Under the pieces are notes generated by a model, which searched no databases, had not been told where the DNA came from, and saw nothing but the letters and a program-made list of their open reading frames with translations. A DNA stretch of 64,000 nt from Chrysomallon squamiferum (lineage: Eukaryota > Animalia > Mollusca): the NCBI GenBank assembly GCA_012295275.1, contig CM022671.1, positions 1,550,001 through 1,614,000 on the forward strand, in the 5' to 3' direction. Both the position numbers and the translations under genes were made by a program. Below are positions 16,081-31,554 of this stretch, one piece after another. How positions within the stretch are numbered: the stretch's first letter is position 1; each line of letters begins with the position of its first letter.

Positions 16081-16775
16081 TTTGTTATTGTAGTTTCTTT
16101 TATTATCATCATCATCATCTCAGTTATTGCTATTTTAGAATTTCAAAAAGCGTGGGTTATAACTGTACAACATTCAAAATAAAACAAGTTTCAGAATAAG
16201 ATCCATGAAAACTATGAATGCTGCTACTAAATTATGAAAAATCTACCTATCTATGCTATAATTAAATATATTATTGTCATTACAGTTTATATTTATGTTT
16301 TGTTTAAAATACATTCTACCGATGTCACTGAATATGCAGTATGCGTATGCCAGTATTTAATATTGTTTTTCTTCTTTCAAGCCTTTTTAGTAGAAATACA
16401 TTCTAATGAATATTTTATGAACTCTTTTGTTCACCAACGCTTATTTCACAAGAGATAAAAACATTCACGTGTATTTTCAAACTATACGGCAAGCAATGTG
16501 ATTGGCTCACACCGCGGTGTTATCAACCAATGAAACGTCAGGGATTCATTTATAGCTTGTTGAGATTAAAATGAAAATTTTCATACAGTTTAAATGTAAC
16601 TGATTAAAAAATAATTTTTTATGTGAAATTTATCATCATCATCATAATTGTTATTACTGTTGTAGTTGTTTTTGTTGTCGTTGTTGATGATTTTCTCCTT
16701 CGCTGCTTGTAAGAGGTGGTCTTTATTAACTTCAAATTAATACATCAAAAATATCAAACATATTTACATTCTCTG

Positions 16776-16832
16776 AAGAGGATTTGAACCCATTTGCTCT
16801 CAGTCTTAAGACACAAGGATTAACCATTAAAA
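16776..16832 (-). mobile_element. Degenerate tRNA-like/SINE remnant
   Basis: Minus strand TAATGGTTAA ... GGTTCAAATCC (B-box consensus) at tRNA-like spacing; no complete acceptor stem. Confidence 0.35.
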
Positions 16833-18149
16833 CATTTTATGATGTATATGTCTAATATATTATTGTAGACATTTTAGAATCAGAACGCAGAAATACCCTG
16901 TTTTACTGGGCTGTTTGCAAGTGAATAAATAAAGAGTATTTTGTCCATTCATTAGTCTCGACTGTGTGACGTTTTGTTTCTGTGTTAAAATTCTGACACT
17001 GCAGCGAGAGCCTGGAGACACCGGGAAACAAAAATAACACAATAAATCGGGAAGCTTTAGAAACTTTAGAAGAATCCGCTTCAGGTTCTTGGTTTGATGT
17101 TCATATAGAGGCTGCTAACGGGCAAGACGAGAAATCACGAGATCTGTTTGAAAGACCAGTTCTGTTTGAAAAACGGAAAAAACGAGAAAAAAAAACCGGT
17201 TGACTAATTGAATTAATTTTCCATGCAGAACCGAGGTACAGTCGAAACAACGGAGAAATATTACGTAAAATAAACAAAGGCTAAACTCCGGTTCCTTACT
17301 TGTCCTTTTGGTCGAGTAATTGTGGTTCTTTGCGGGGGAACAAAGGACCGGGCCCGCAGATACTGGCACGAAAGGCGAGCCGTGCCTCTTAACGTGACAG
17401 AAAATGAGAGATGCTCGCCTACTTGATATTTTCCTCAACAAAACCGCCAGCCAGTCATTAAATGTTGTTGGTTGTTCATGTTGTTTCCACCCTAGGCTCT
17501 GAGCACCGCGGTTTCGAATTAAACCTCGTTAAGCACGTAGAAAACATTTGATAGAGAAGCTCTGCTTTTTGTCCTTAGGAATATGTAATTTTATGAACGT
17601 CTGTCAGTCTCTTTATGATCGGTTATCAAGGAGATGAGTGTTTCTAACACTGCACGCCAGCCATTGTCAGCGGTCTCTAATTCTTCTCTGCAGCTCTCTG
17701 TTACTGAAACACTCGACACTGTTCCCCACGATGTTCACTTGTTTTTGTCTCATCTCCAAAATTATCAAATCTGTTTAAAAGTATATTTAGAGGCAGAAAG
17801 AGAGATAAATTTCTGCAGACGTTCAAGTTATTGTTTTAATTATTACTCGTCGTCAGTCTTTGCTGATAATAAAAGCTGACAAGCAAATACCATTATTGTG
17901 AGGATGCGTGAATGGTCACATATTTCGAATATATAAATTTAAAAATTATAACTGACAGATAACTATCCAGTTTATGTAGTCAGCCTGACAGGTTATTATT
18001 ATTATTGTTGTTGTTGTTGTTGTTGTTGTTGTCGTCGTCGTCGTTGTTGTTGTTGAAATAACGAAGAATTTAGAAATTTACATGGAGCAGAATTTGCATT
18101 AAACCCAGTTATAACTGCTAACATTTTCAAAAAACAAAAACAAAACAAA

Positions 18150-18229
<80 letters not shown>

Positions 18230-19945
18230 AGATATAAAGACATATACACCTACATACACACAGATGTATAGACATTTTTTTCTCTCACATCACTTCATTT
18301 TAACAGCAGATAATTCAATAAACAAATAAACCTTCCTCCAGCTAGCAAAAATGAAATCAGGCTGACAGACAGACACAGCTCATTTATTTAAACAGATCGG
18401 AAATATCGCTACACAAAATCTGCATTACACGATTAATAATGCATCTTTCTTTCTATCTCTCATTTTTATTTTTTTATTATTTTTTTTTTATTATTTTTTT
18501 TTTCTGTTGTTCTATTTCGGGACGCGGATGACATTATACGCGATCTGTTCGCAATCAAACTGACACGCGCAGTAATTTTCAAAATGCTCTCTTAGTGAGT
18601 AAACCTGTTAACGTGCTGGTCATTTATCCGTTTCACGCGGACTCGTTTTGACGGCTTTGGTATTTTCGCCACAGCCTCTGCTCTTCGATTAATGAAATGG
18701 CGCGGGTGTTCGAATGACAAATGGACATCAAAGGTTGTTTCCCCGAGGAGTTCCACTGACTGCTCCGTTTCCTGTATGATAAATAAACTACTCATTTATT
18801 GTGCATGAGATTCAAAGTACGGCCGGCGCGCAAGTCCCAGTGCAGACGTTACAGTCGTCCGATCCGCTTTCGTTTCATTTAGGATATTGAAAAGTGTGTA
18901 CATTATTAATGTCAGCGCGCACAGAGGCGCTGGGAGACGGTCCCGCGTGAAAAATCAAATCGGGGAAAATCATCTGATGGCGCGTTACGAAAATTATCGA
19001 CTGGTTCAGCCTTTCAGTCTCGTGTCTTGTTCGAGTCTGAAAGCGCGCTGTTGTTAATTCGTCAAATGATGATTATTAACAGTGGTGTGTACTTCGTTTG
19101 CATATTCTTTCTTATTTTATTTTTTTCCTTCATTAATTTTTTTTTTTTTTTAATTTTCATTGCGTTTCTTTCGTTTTTATTTTTTTTTTTTTTTTTGGTT
19201 CTGCCTTTTATCCATTATTTGCGCATTTTTCAATTTTAAAATTAAATTATACAAATATATTCATACTTATATAATAACAAGACGAACGCGCGCGTAAATA
19301 CATACATACTGAAACAGAGACAAACCTATACATGCAAATACACATGCATACATTCATACATATATACATATATACACACACATACAAACATACACACACA
19401 TATATAATACATTCATACATATATACATATACACACACATATGTACACAAAAACATTGTAAATGAATGGTAGTATCGTTATAATTCAAAGCTATTACAAT
19501 TACCACAAAAAACTGTTACTGCATGTGCAGCTACCACAGCTACCCAGACTACCATTAGGACTATTACAAATATACTTCTTACACTGCTACTAATAATACT
19601 AATACTAATGCTACAATCATTGGTACTACTGTTACTATATTATTATAACTACATATAAGAATCACTATTATTTAAAAATAATAATAATACTAATACTAAT
19701 AATAATAATACTAATAATAATACTAATACTAATAAATAATAATAATAATAATAATACTACTACTAATAATAATAATAATGAAAAAAAAAGTTATCTGTGT
19801 TTTAATGTGTTAAAATAAGAAAATATATATTAACTCATAAAAATATATAAAAATACAACAAGAACCTGGACTATCTGTCTTTAAAGAATTCGTAGAAAGC
19901 AAATTCTTCTTTTAATTTTCGATATTTTTGTCATAATTATTTCAT

Positions 19946-19946
<1 letters not shown>

Positions 19947-20040
<94 letters not shown>
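19947..20040. repeat. (CT)n microsatellite
   Basis: Directly visible. Confidence 0.95.
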
Positions 20041-20042
<2 letters not shown>

Positions 20043-20832
20043 GTTTGCTATAATTAACTTCCAGTATATATTATTTTTACAATAAACTGTTCTTAAACAT
20101 CACGAACTGTCGGGACAAGTACTTAGTCACGCTTACAAAGAACAAAACTGTCCCTTAATAAACAGAAACGAGTCCTATTAATCAAACAATAATTAATAAC
20201 CAAATATCGAAACACACACATCCCTCGCAAACAGTTCACAAATTAATCGTGTACAGTCACACCACAATGTCCCTCTTGTCGTGTTCGGTGACAAATACGG
20301 TCGCTAGCATACGGGACGGAACCTCCCGAGGGATACCGAAAACTCTCGAGAGGGGCCGAACGAAGTAGACTGTTTGTCCAAGGTCGTAATCAGCGGAATC
20401 ACCGTGTCCATTTTTCACGGCTAACCCGGCTGAAACTTCACTAGATAGATGGATCGTGTGAACAGCAATTTAACAGCATTTGTGTCACACTTGTCTGGGG
20501 CGAGTTTTCGCACGTTCAGAACTGCAAGGGCCCGTTTGTCACAGAATATGAACATGTCTCGAAGCACGCGACTGGACTGAGAATTAATTAATTATTCGCT
20601 GTTAATTGACTCGGTGAAAAATTAATCTTACTTTGCAGACCTCGCCAGGAAACTTGTCGTCTTAAAGATATGTTGTTTTAAAGTTGTTGTTTTTTTAATA
20701 CTTGTTTATTTTGTATTTTGATTTTATTATTATTATTTTTTGTTTTTTATGGGGTTTTTTTTTGGTTTTTTTAGCAAAGGTATTATGCAGATGTACATTC
20801 GTAGAGACGAATTAATATATGCATGGATGTAT

Positions 20833-20871
<39 letters not shown>

Positions 20872-20996
20872 TTGTATGTTTGTATGTATGTTTGTATATG
20901 TGTATGTCATTATAGACATACAGGGCTAACGGCAGGTAGGTAAGCAAGTACGCAGTGACAGACAGGCAGTGAAACAAACAGATAGCTAGATAAATG

Positions 20997-21034
<38 letters not shown>

Positions 21035-21292
21035 GAGACAGACAGACATACACACACGAAAACAAACACACCAAGCTCAAGTGCGTATAGAACTATGTAA
21101 AAAATATAAAACAAATTTATATTTTCCAGATTTATATCTTCTGAATAGGTAGCTATACTAAATAATATTATAATACGTATTAGATATGTTAAATAAAACA
21201 ACTGTTAAATATTATTAATAACACATAGGAGATTAAATATATTTATTATCAATACAGTATTTTGTAAATAATAATAATAATAATAATAATAA

Positions 21293-21323
<31 letters not shown>

Positions 21324-21679
21324 AAGAAGAATTAATTAAATAAATAAATAAATAACCTGAATAGTTTTTTTTACTAAAAACCATCGATTTAAAAAATATA
21401 TATTTTATAATAAATTACAAACTTGACATAAACTCGCGACTGCTCTTTTTTTGAACCAAAAATATATTTTGATATTATCTTTTCCGTTTTAAATATTTTC
21501 TAAAATGATAAAGTAATATAAAAAATTTCAGTTATCTATTTTAGAATATTTTCTGTTCAATTCTATAAAATCGCACAGAAGGAACTTCTGTTAATCTATT
21601 TTACTGATCATAAATGTTTTGCTAATACTGAACAATTTTCAAGAAGTAATGAATTTCTATCTATATGTATGTATACGGA

Positions 21680-21781
<102 letters not shown>

Positions 21782-21869
21782 ATTTGGAGTCACTACATGT
21801 ATTTAAATGTCTGCTTCTTTTTATTTTATCTTGACAGTTATAAATTAAAATAAAAATAAAAATAAAAAA

Positions 21870-21908
<39 letters not shown>

Positions 21909-22710
21909 ATTACTGCGTTACATGTATAGAAGACATATGGTATATTAACTGGAGAAAAAGAAAACAATGTAACAGAAATAACTGCTGTCTAACATTTGGT
22001 GATTGTGTCTTTAATTATCTTTATTTTTCTTTTTTTACAAACAGTACGGTATGAACCTTGCCTTAATCAGAAAATATCATTCCCAACGCCTTATAATCTA
22101 TCTCTTCATAGCACGCTTGAAAACATCACTAACAAATCTGTTCTTCTCTAAAGCGTATTCCAATAAAATATTTAAGCAGGGGCCATAATTATTATGAATT
22201 GTTTTGAATCTTTTGGCGTCTGCGTTCTTTTGAAATGCGCTCGTGCAGAGAAATAACGTCACGTGATTGGCTTGTGGTGCATAAATATTTGAAATCTGAG
22301 ATATTCAATACAGGAGTAGTTTAAAGAGTTTTTTAAAAATTCAAACATCACCTTGGAGTGTTTAACAATGAGGTGTTGAATTATATATTAAGCATGTTTT
22401 CTTTGAACCCTGATTTTTAAAATTATTATTCTGTTTGTTTTCTTGGTGGTTTTAAAAAAAAAAAAAAAAAATTTTTAGCTGTACGATTTGATTATTATTT
22501 TTATAATTATTATTATTGCATTTTTATTAGTAGTATCATTATTTTGGCGAAATATCAAAAAGAAAAAAAGAAAAAAAAAAGAGGATTTGAGAGACAGAGA
22601 GAGCTTCTGAATTATTTATCTACTTTCATCATCATCATCATCATTATTATTATAGACTGACCTCAACATCGGCTTAAGCTGATGTCCGAGTTATTGAATA
22701 ATTTATTCAA

Positions 22711-22781
<71 letters not shown>

Positions 22782-23154
22782 ATATAAAATTAGAGTGCGA
22801 ACGTCTTATCAGCACTTGCTACGCCCTGTTTTAGTAATTGCACACACCTGCTCTCCGACAAAATGGCTGCGAAGTCATTTCGATTCGCTACGATACACGA
22901 TCACAGAGAGAGCGTCTAAGAAAACGAGAATAGTCTGAAAGAAAATAGTATTTCAAGTTTGACGAGCAAAGATGTGGTACATTTTGTTGTGACACTTCAC
23001 AGTTTAAGTGCCGATACTTCGGTAAAGAAAAATATAGTAGGAGGCTGTAATAGGATTAATGAAGCCATATTAATAATAACAGTAGCAGTGCACGTGATTC
23101 TCTGCCTGACATTGATAAAACTAGAAAACATTCCTGTTCAGTCCCCTTTATTAG

Positions 23155-23258
<104 letters not shown>

Positions 23259-23536
23259 AATGTCTCAAAATAAGACAACAGTATTTATACTAATAATAAT
23301 GAGCAGGACAAGAATGATAATAACAACAAGAAAAACACTAACAATAAAAACAGAAAATATAATAGAAATTAAAATAATATGCCATCACCTATATGATATG
23401 AACAACAACATGATATGAATTATTCAATAGCACAAAGATAAAAAAAAAATTCTGTTTTTTTTTTTTTTTTTTCCGTTCAAGACTAGTTATTTCAGCTCCT
23501 GTTTTAACATATTCCGAGTGATTCAACTGAAAAACG

Positions 23537-23720
23537 ATATTTAAATTACAGAATGATTGCAATATGACAAGGTGAAAAACGATAACAAAAAAAAAAAATA
23601 AAAAAATAAATAAAATAATATTAAAAAAAAGAATAATAATAATAATCAAATTATACACAAAAGTATTGTAGAAATTTCAATACAGGTTAAGAAGAACAAT
23701 CAAAAGTGACTAAACAAAAA

Positions 23721-23750
<30 letters not shown>
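23537..23750 (+). repeat. Diverged direct repeat, copy 1 (copy 2 at ~24786-25050)
   Basis: Shared tatgacaag.tgaaaaa.gataacaaaa ... attgtagaaatttcaatac..gttaagaagaacaatcaaaagtgactaaac. Confidence 0.85.
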
Positions 23751-23751
<1 letters not shown>

Positions 23752-23904
23752 CAAATGGCGAAGAAGAAAAGAATAAGACAAATAAAAATAACACGAAGAA
23801 CAAACTGAATCTTCAAAAACGTTTTCTTTCATCTTTATTATAAACGAATTTAAAAAAAAAAATAAAAAAATGAAAGGATAGACAGACAGAGACAGACAGA
23901 CAGA

Positions 23905-24385
23905 TAGATACATACAGACATACAGAGAGACAGATAACAGACATAAAGATAACTATATTCATAGTTACACAGATAGATAAATAGATACATACAGACATAC
24001 AGAGAGACAGATAACAGACATAAAGATAACTATATTCATAGTTACACAGATAGATAAATAGATACATACAGACATACAGAGAGACAGATAACAGAATAAA
24101 GATAACTATATTCATAGTTACACAGATGGATAAACAGATACATACAGACATACAGAGAGACAGATAACAGAATAAAGATAACTATATTCATAGTTACACA
24201 GATGGATAAACAGATACATACAGACATACAGAGAGACAGATAACAGACATAAAGATAACTATATTCATAGTTACACAGATAGATAAATAGATACATACAG
24301 ACATATAGAGAGACAGATAACAGACATAAAGATAACTATATTCATAGTTACACAGATGGATAAATAGATACATACAGACATAGAT
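23905..24385. repeat. Tandem repeat, 76-77-bp unit, ~6 copies
   Basis: cagataacag recurs at 23931, 24008, 24085, 24161, 24237 and 24314; core aagataactatattcatagttacacagat. Confidence 0.95.
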
Positions 24386-24785
24386 AAAGTGAAATAATGT
24401 AAAATAGAAATCACGAACGTCTACATCATTATTACGTATTAAGACGAATCACTGTACTATGTTCGTGTTGTCTTGTGGGAATGGTTGTGTGGTTAGTAGC
24501 ATTTCGAGTGTTGTTTATAATTAATACTTCTGCTACCGGTGTTTGTGAATTATCGCAAATTATGTTTGACTTTCATCACTTGAGACTCTACCACGCCCTG
24601 TCTGAGAATTATACAGCACGTCAGCATCATTGATAGAAACTAGTTTGTGTTTAAAGACACACAAACACTGTACGTCTTGTAATAACGTATTTTCCTACAT
24701 GTTTGGGTCTAGTTGGCTACGGAACATTAGCAATAAATAAACAGCCGCGTTTAAAAGTGTTTACAGAACAATAATAATAATAATA

Positions 24786-24838
24786 ATATTTAAATTACAT
24801 AATAATTGCACTATGACAAGATGAAAAAATGATAACAA

Positions 24839-24881
<43 letters not shown>

Positions 24882-25012
24882 TTAATGTATTATATAATAA
24901 TAGTAATAATAATATTAAAAATATATATAATAATAATCAAATTACACATAAAATTATTGTAGAAATTTCAATACGTTAAGAAGAACAATCAAAAGTGACT
25001 AAACCAAAACAA

Positions 25013-25050
<38 letters not shown>
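24786..25050 (+). repeat. Diverged direct repeat, copy 2
   Basis: As above, with expanded (AAT)n in the middle. Confidence 0.85.
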
Positions 25051-25054
<4 letters not shown>

Positions 25055-25062
25055 TATTATTA

Positions 25063-25126
<64 letters not shown>

Positions 25127-26544
25127 GTTATTATTATTGCAAGATGTACAATCTGTATATATCTATATTATAACTTTTTCATTTACAAAATGTTAATTTT
25201 AAAATAAATGAAAATTGGCGTTACCACTACTGATGAAATCGGAAAATTAAATTGAATGAACAAACTAGATTCTATTATCAAAATTTTCGTAACATACACA
25301 TAATCTTGTAAGTGATTTGCAATATGTGTTTTTTGTTGTTTGTTTGTGTGTGTGTGTGTGCGTGTGTGTTTGTGTGTGAGTGTGTTTTCCTTTACTAAGT
25401 TAAAACTTATTATATAATTATATGAGTTGTGAGAAACCCGATGTGCAATTTAAAAAAAAAAAATTGTATTAGTGAGGTGAATAAAAGCTATTCTCGTGTT
25501 CAAGGGCGGATTACTGTTTTGTGCATTACGTAACAAGATGTACGTTTTTTCTGTTTTCTCTAGCTTTTGATAGCGCAGTATCAACAAAATAAAATTATCT
25601 TAGAAACTATAGAGCAGTATGAACTAGACAGAGACAGATAGACAGAAACAAAGATAGATACAAGGTGTAAATGGTTGGACGGATGAATGAATGGATGGAT
25701 GGGTTTCTGAGCGGATAGATGGATGGAAGAACGGACGGACAAATAGACTGACAGATTCTGGATGTACATAGAACCATAGACAGTTAGCTATAGCCAGCGG
25801 GAGTAATGAGACAGACAGAAAAACAGACAAACAGACTAGTCAGACAGACAGATAGGTACTGATAGAAAGACAGATGAATAATTGGATATTCTCTTGTTAA
25901 AGATGAATAGTTAAAAACAACATCTTTTAAAGTCAAACAGCCGAAAACGTTGTTTAATTTTTGTGCTTGAACATCTTTCTCAGAAATCATCGTTATTACC
26001 GTTGTTTCTAATAACATGTAAGATGAATTAACCTTGCGTTGTGACAGGCTCTAACGCTTTGAGTCTTCGTGGTCAAATCACAGAGAGGATTCAGTCAAGT
26101 GGTTTGCTGATGACGTAATTTGCCATCAAAACAGTAGTCACAGTCATGACGCCTGCAGTGAAAACAACCAATGATTAAATCAGCTTTTGCGTCACAGTGG
26201 TGCTCTGAAATCATCACAGGAATTTACGTTGCGGATAATACTTCCGTCTCAAGTAGTGTCGATAGAATCGTTTATAGTAATTAGAGAAATTAGTGAATAT
26301 TCCCCGAAGCTGACCAGGATGTTGAGAATCATATTAAAACTTATTGGTTTACAAAATTTAGAATTATGACTTAGGTTATGAGATTTGAATCATTTTGTGG
26401 TCGAGAGAAAAAAATATATATACATATAAATATTATTCGTCGACTACAATTAAATAAATTCTACCTTTAGTTATGCAGTTTATATTTTAACGTTCACAAT
26501 AAAATACTTTAACAAAATGATGTTCATTTATAGCCAATATGTTT

Positions 26545-26638
<94 letters not shown>

Positions 26639-27722
26639 GATATATATTAATAATTCTTCAAAATGTAAACATGAAGATTCCTTGATAAGTTAAAACGGGG
26701 CTAATAAAACTGTCATCATTATCAATGATTTTATGAAGAGAAAAAAACTAGAACAAGATTTTTAAAAAGAGTAAAGGAGGACAAAGACTTTGAAATTAGC
26801 ACATTTATAAACTGCTAATTAACGAACTATTATTTTTGTCAATTGTTATTATTGTTAAATTAACTCATATTTGACAATAATTCAGTTTATCTGCTATGAA
26901 TGACTGGTTAATAAATGACAAACTATTGTTTTGTTATGTAATGATGATGACACGAAAGGAGAAGATTACGGAATGAGTATAATCAGATACTTGTAACAGT
27001 CAGTATTCACAACGGAAGACAAAACAAAATGGATATAAAAGTGTATTATGAGTAAACCGCCCTTCCTGTTTAAACATGACAACAGATTTTATTCATCTGA
27101 CTAATACACAAAACAAATCAATGTAAATCTTTATTAAACACCTCGGAATTCTCGCATCTCGTATGTATAATAACAGTTTTAATTTCGTCGAGAAATACGT
27201 AAACAAACCACCTTTATTACTACCAAGTACAAAACGTCTGTGACGTACCAACAAGTATTAATGAATTATCTGGGTTGTCTGCCTAGGTCAGAGTTGTATT
27301 ATCAAATATATCACTGGTTAGAGAGAAGAGAGGATGTCTCCCCCAGAATCAACGAGTAACAGAAACAAAGAGTATTGGTAGCAAGGAGTTTCACATTTAA
27401 CATCATGTCTGGTTAACAATTAGAAAATTTCCATAGGTTTTAATTTCTATGATTGTTTAACCTGCAAAATTACTGAATCTGTAGTTTTGGAATTATATAC
27501 TGCAGTTGTAGAAAATAATAATAATATTAAATGTATTAAATTCTTTAATATTTCAGTACCAAGTAGCACGATTCAAAATCTGGTTGTAATAATAAAATGA
27601 TATAAATAATAAGTTATTATTTTCTTACCTAACTTCTCACCAATCCATCTTTCAGTCTGCTCAGTTAACTGCATTTGTGCATTTGTCTGTCTACTTATCA
27701 ACCTATCTAAATATAAAAATAA

Positions 27723-27773
<51 letters not shown>

Positions 27774-28908
27774 CATACAATTTGTAATAAAATAAACCAA
27801 CAATAATATGTATTGTATAAAGTAAAAATAAATAAGCAAAAGAAGAACAAAAATCAAAACAAAGAGTCTGTAAAAAGATAAAACACGCACGTTCACACAT
27901 AAAATTCATGAACATTCCACGAACTCGCACAAACACACACACACGTACACACACACACACACACGTACACGTGTACCTGACTGATAGAAAAATAAACAGA
28001 AACAAGCAGCCGACAACTGTTTCCATTTGTAAAAACTATTTAGTCACCGTAGTAATGACAGTAATACACCATGTTACTTTGCCTGTCACAGTACGATTCC
28101 AGTTCGTCATTAAACGATAGTAAAACGTCTGTAAAAGTCTTTGTTTAGGTTTTATTGGGTTTTTTTGTCATAAACGTCTGTCAGTTTTCACTGTCTAGGG
28201 AACAGTATAGTTCACTGCTCAGAGAACTAATTTGAAGCGTGGTGGTTCACTAGATCAGTGCTCTTTGGTGTGTTTAGTGAGCTATTTACCGTTCCAGACA
28301 GTGTCCTTAAAACCAATAGATCAAATGTCGTGGTATGTGTTTTCCTGTATACGGGAAGGTGCACATATTCATAAGAGAAGTCCACAAAGGAATGTGACAG
28401 CATGCATTTTCCTCTTTAATCATAATTATTGCATTAAGGTTATATAAGTGATACATAATATATATTATAGTTTGTGATCCAAGCCTTTGGGCATAGACTT
28501 TGTTCTCTTTCTATGCATCATGCTGACACATGGGTTTTTTTGTTGGGTTTTTTTTTGGCATCAGTTTCATAATAACCGATAATATTAAAATGTCATGTAT
28601 CATTAAACATTCATTCATTAATTTTTTGTAGTTAAAGTAAGTGATACTTAAAACTGTGTAAAATTCCTTGTTTAGACGTTTATTGTTATGTGATCGTAAA
28701 TTTCTGTCAGTCTTTACTACCTAGGGAGCTTTTCACAGTAGAAAAAAACAAACAATCAATCAATAAACAATACCAACAAAAAAAAAAAAAAAGAGGAAGG
28801 AGACAGATGGAAAGAAAGAAAGAAAAAAAGAGGTTAAAGGTAGGGGGTGAGAACATACCATGCCGTATGCTAAAATGTGTTCCTTAATTAATTAATTAAA
28901 TAAATTGT

Positions 28909-28967
<59 letters not shown>

Positions 28968-29944
28968 TTCATTCATTCATTTATTTATTTGTATTTTATT
29001 TATTTTTTTGTTTGTTTGTTTGCTTGTTTGTTTTCCTCAGTTATTTATTCGTCTGTTTGTTTTGATATTTTATTTATTTTTTTATTTCTTCTTTATCTGC
29101 TTCTTTTATTATTATTATTTATTTATTTTTGTGTATTGGATGCTTTCCAAAGAATCGGGATATACCTAAACAGCTCTGTATGTGTCTGTATAGCTCTATT
29201 TAGGAAGGAATAATCTGTTGTCTTGTGTACGTTATGACTAGATTCTGAACATAGAAAAAACGCACTGGCACAGGAGAACAAAGTCGAATCACGAACTGTT
29301 CTATGTCAGACGAGACTGAAATGTACGGCACCCGAACTCCATATGCTGATGATGACAAAAGAGGGTCGCTTAATAACCGAGGGTAATCATCGCCATTATT
29401 TGACGCTTTCATCATTTTTTTCCTTCTTTGTTTTTCACTGCATCTAATTTGGGGTGAAATCTGGCACTCTTTATGTTGACAGTATTATGTTACTCACTGG
29501 CACATGAGGACAAAGTTCAGTTACAACCTCAAAATATAAGGTGTCATATGTGTGTGTGTGTGTGCAGGTAAGCAGACAGGTCTGTATGCATGTATTTGCG
29601 TACATGTATATATTTGTGCCTGTGTACATTTTTGAATGTGTTGATATTTTTAACTTCTGTGCGTGAGTGCAGAACATTTTTTAGTGCAGCCAAGATTCAT
29701 CTTTTGTGATTGTCGATTGTTTATTATTTGTCTTAAAGTTTAACATTACATTTAAATATGGGCGTTATTAGCGTAGTTAAACAAATGTGCGTGGTGGAAT
29801 ATCATCGTCAGATAGGGGTAATTACTGATGGATGGCTGGAAATGCACGCAGTAACACTCAGTTCATGACATCACTGTTTGATGCTTAAAGAGACAGAGAA
29901 AGCACCGTGGAAAAAAAAAAAAAAAAAAGAGAGAAGGAACAGAG

Positions 29945-30067
<123 letters not shown>

Positions 30068-31466
30068 CAAAATAATAGAGAACAAGTGGTAAGAAGTAAA
30101 AAAATAAGAAGAAATAAATTATTATTCTGTGATGTTTCTCTAATTTCTTATTATTTCTAAATGTACGTTTTCCCTCATTTCGCTGTCTGACAGACAGACA
30201 GACAAAGAGACAGGAAGAAAAAGCATAAATACAGTTATAACTAAATTAATAAATATAAGTTAATTAATTAATTATTGATTTATTTAGTAAATAAAAAATA
30301 TAATTAAATAAATGAATAAATAAATAAATAAATAAAGAAATATATAAATGCTGTAATATATCAGACTGATAAAAGATTTTACGGAATATCACTAGTTTAT
30401 TAATAGTAAATGCAGTACATAGTATTTCTTTGCGTGTAACATAGGTCAAGGGAGATAACCCTTATTCGCCCAAATCTTTTAGATTCCATGAGTTATCGTT
30501 TTAGAAGAGGACGGAAATGGAAACTCGCAAAATTTATAAATATTTTATTAACACTTTAATCTAAAAAAAAAAATAATAATAATTATAAAAAATTAAAAAA
30601 AAAATATATATATTTTTTTTTTAAATCGAAAATTATAATAAATAAATAAATAAATAATAAAAATTAAAAATGAATTTCTAAATTTGTCATTAGCCTCTAA
30701 TTTTTTTTCCCTACTCTTAATTTATTACTAACTTAAAATTATTGATATATTAATGATAAAACACATTTCCGACTACAATTTTTTATATATATATATTTTT
30801 TTTTCCCCTCATCTAAATTAGTATAAAAATGAGAAAAATAAAATAAAATAGTTTGAAAAGAGATCTGTGACTCTCCGACATAAGCCTCTAATTTTTCGTT
30901 CTGTAAAAATCGATTCATCAACGGTGACGTAACAGCCCTTCATGACACTTCACGTTGATTCGCACTTGGCAGTCGTCAAAAATGAGCAAGAAAACTCGCC
31001 AGTAGAAATTGATTATTCTGTGAAATCGTGCACATGTTGCAAACAGATCCATGTTTTAAAAAGGTCCTTTAATTTGAGATGGAGAGTTGAAGCAAATACG
31101 CGATTTAAGAAATTAAACTTGAAGATGCTAAGTCATTTTGAGCTGTCCAGATTAATTATTTGAGATGATAAGGAGTGTTTATCCGTTAAAATTAATCTTT
31201 TGTGAAGTTAATGTTTTGTTTGAAAAAAAAAAAAAAAAAAAAAAAAAATTAAATTTTACTGACAACATTCTGTCACCCCTGGCAACAGTATTATAGCTAG
31301 CAGAATGAAAATCCCTACGATAAACCATATTGTGACTGTTCCTTACCCGTTTCTGTAATCAGCTATCCTGTCTACCTGTATGTCTTTCCTGTAAGTCTGA
31401 GACATGGAGTCGTATAAATCATGAGTCCACCTTTCACACTTCTCGAAATGTTTCACTTCTTTACTG

Positions 31467-31554
<88 letters not shown>

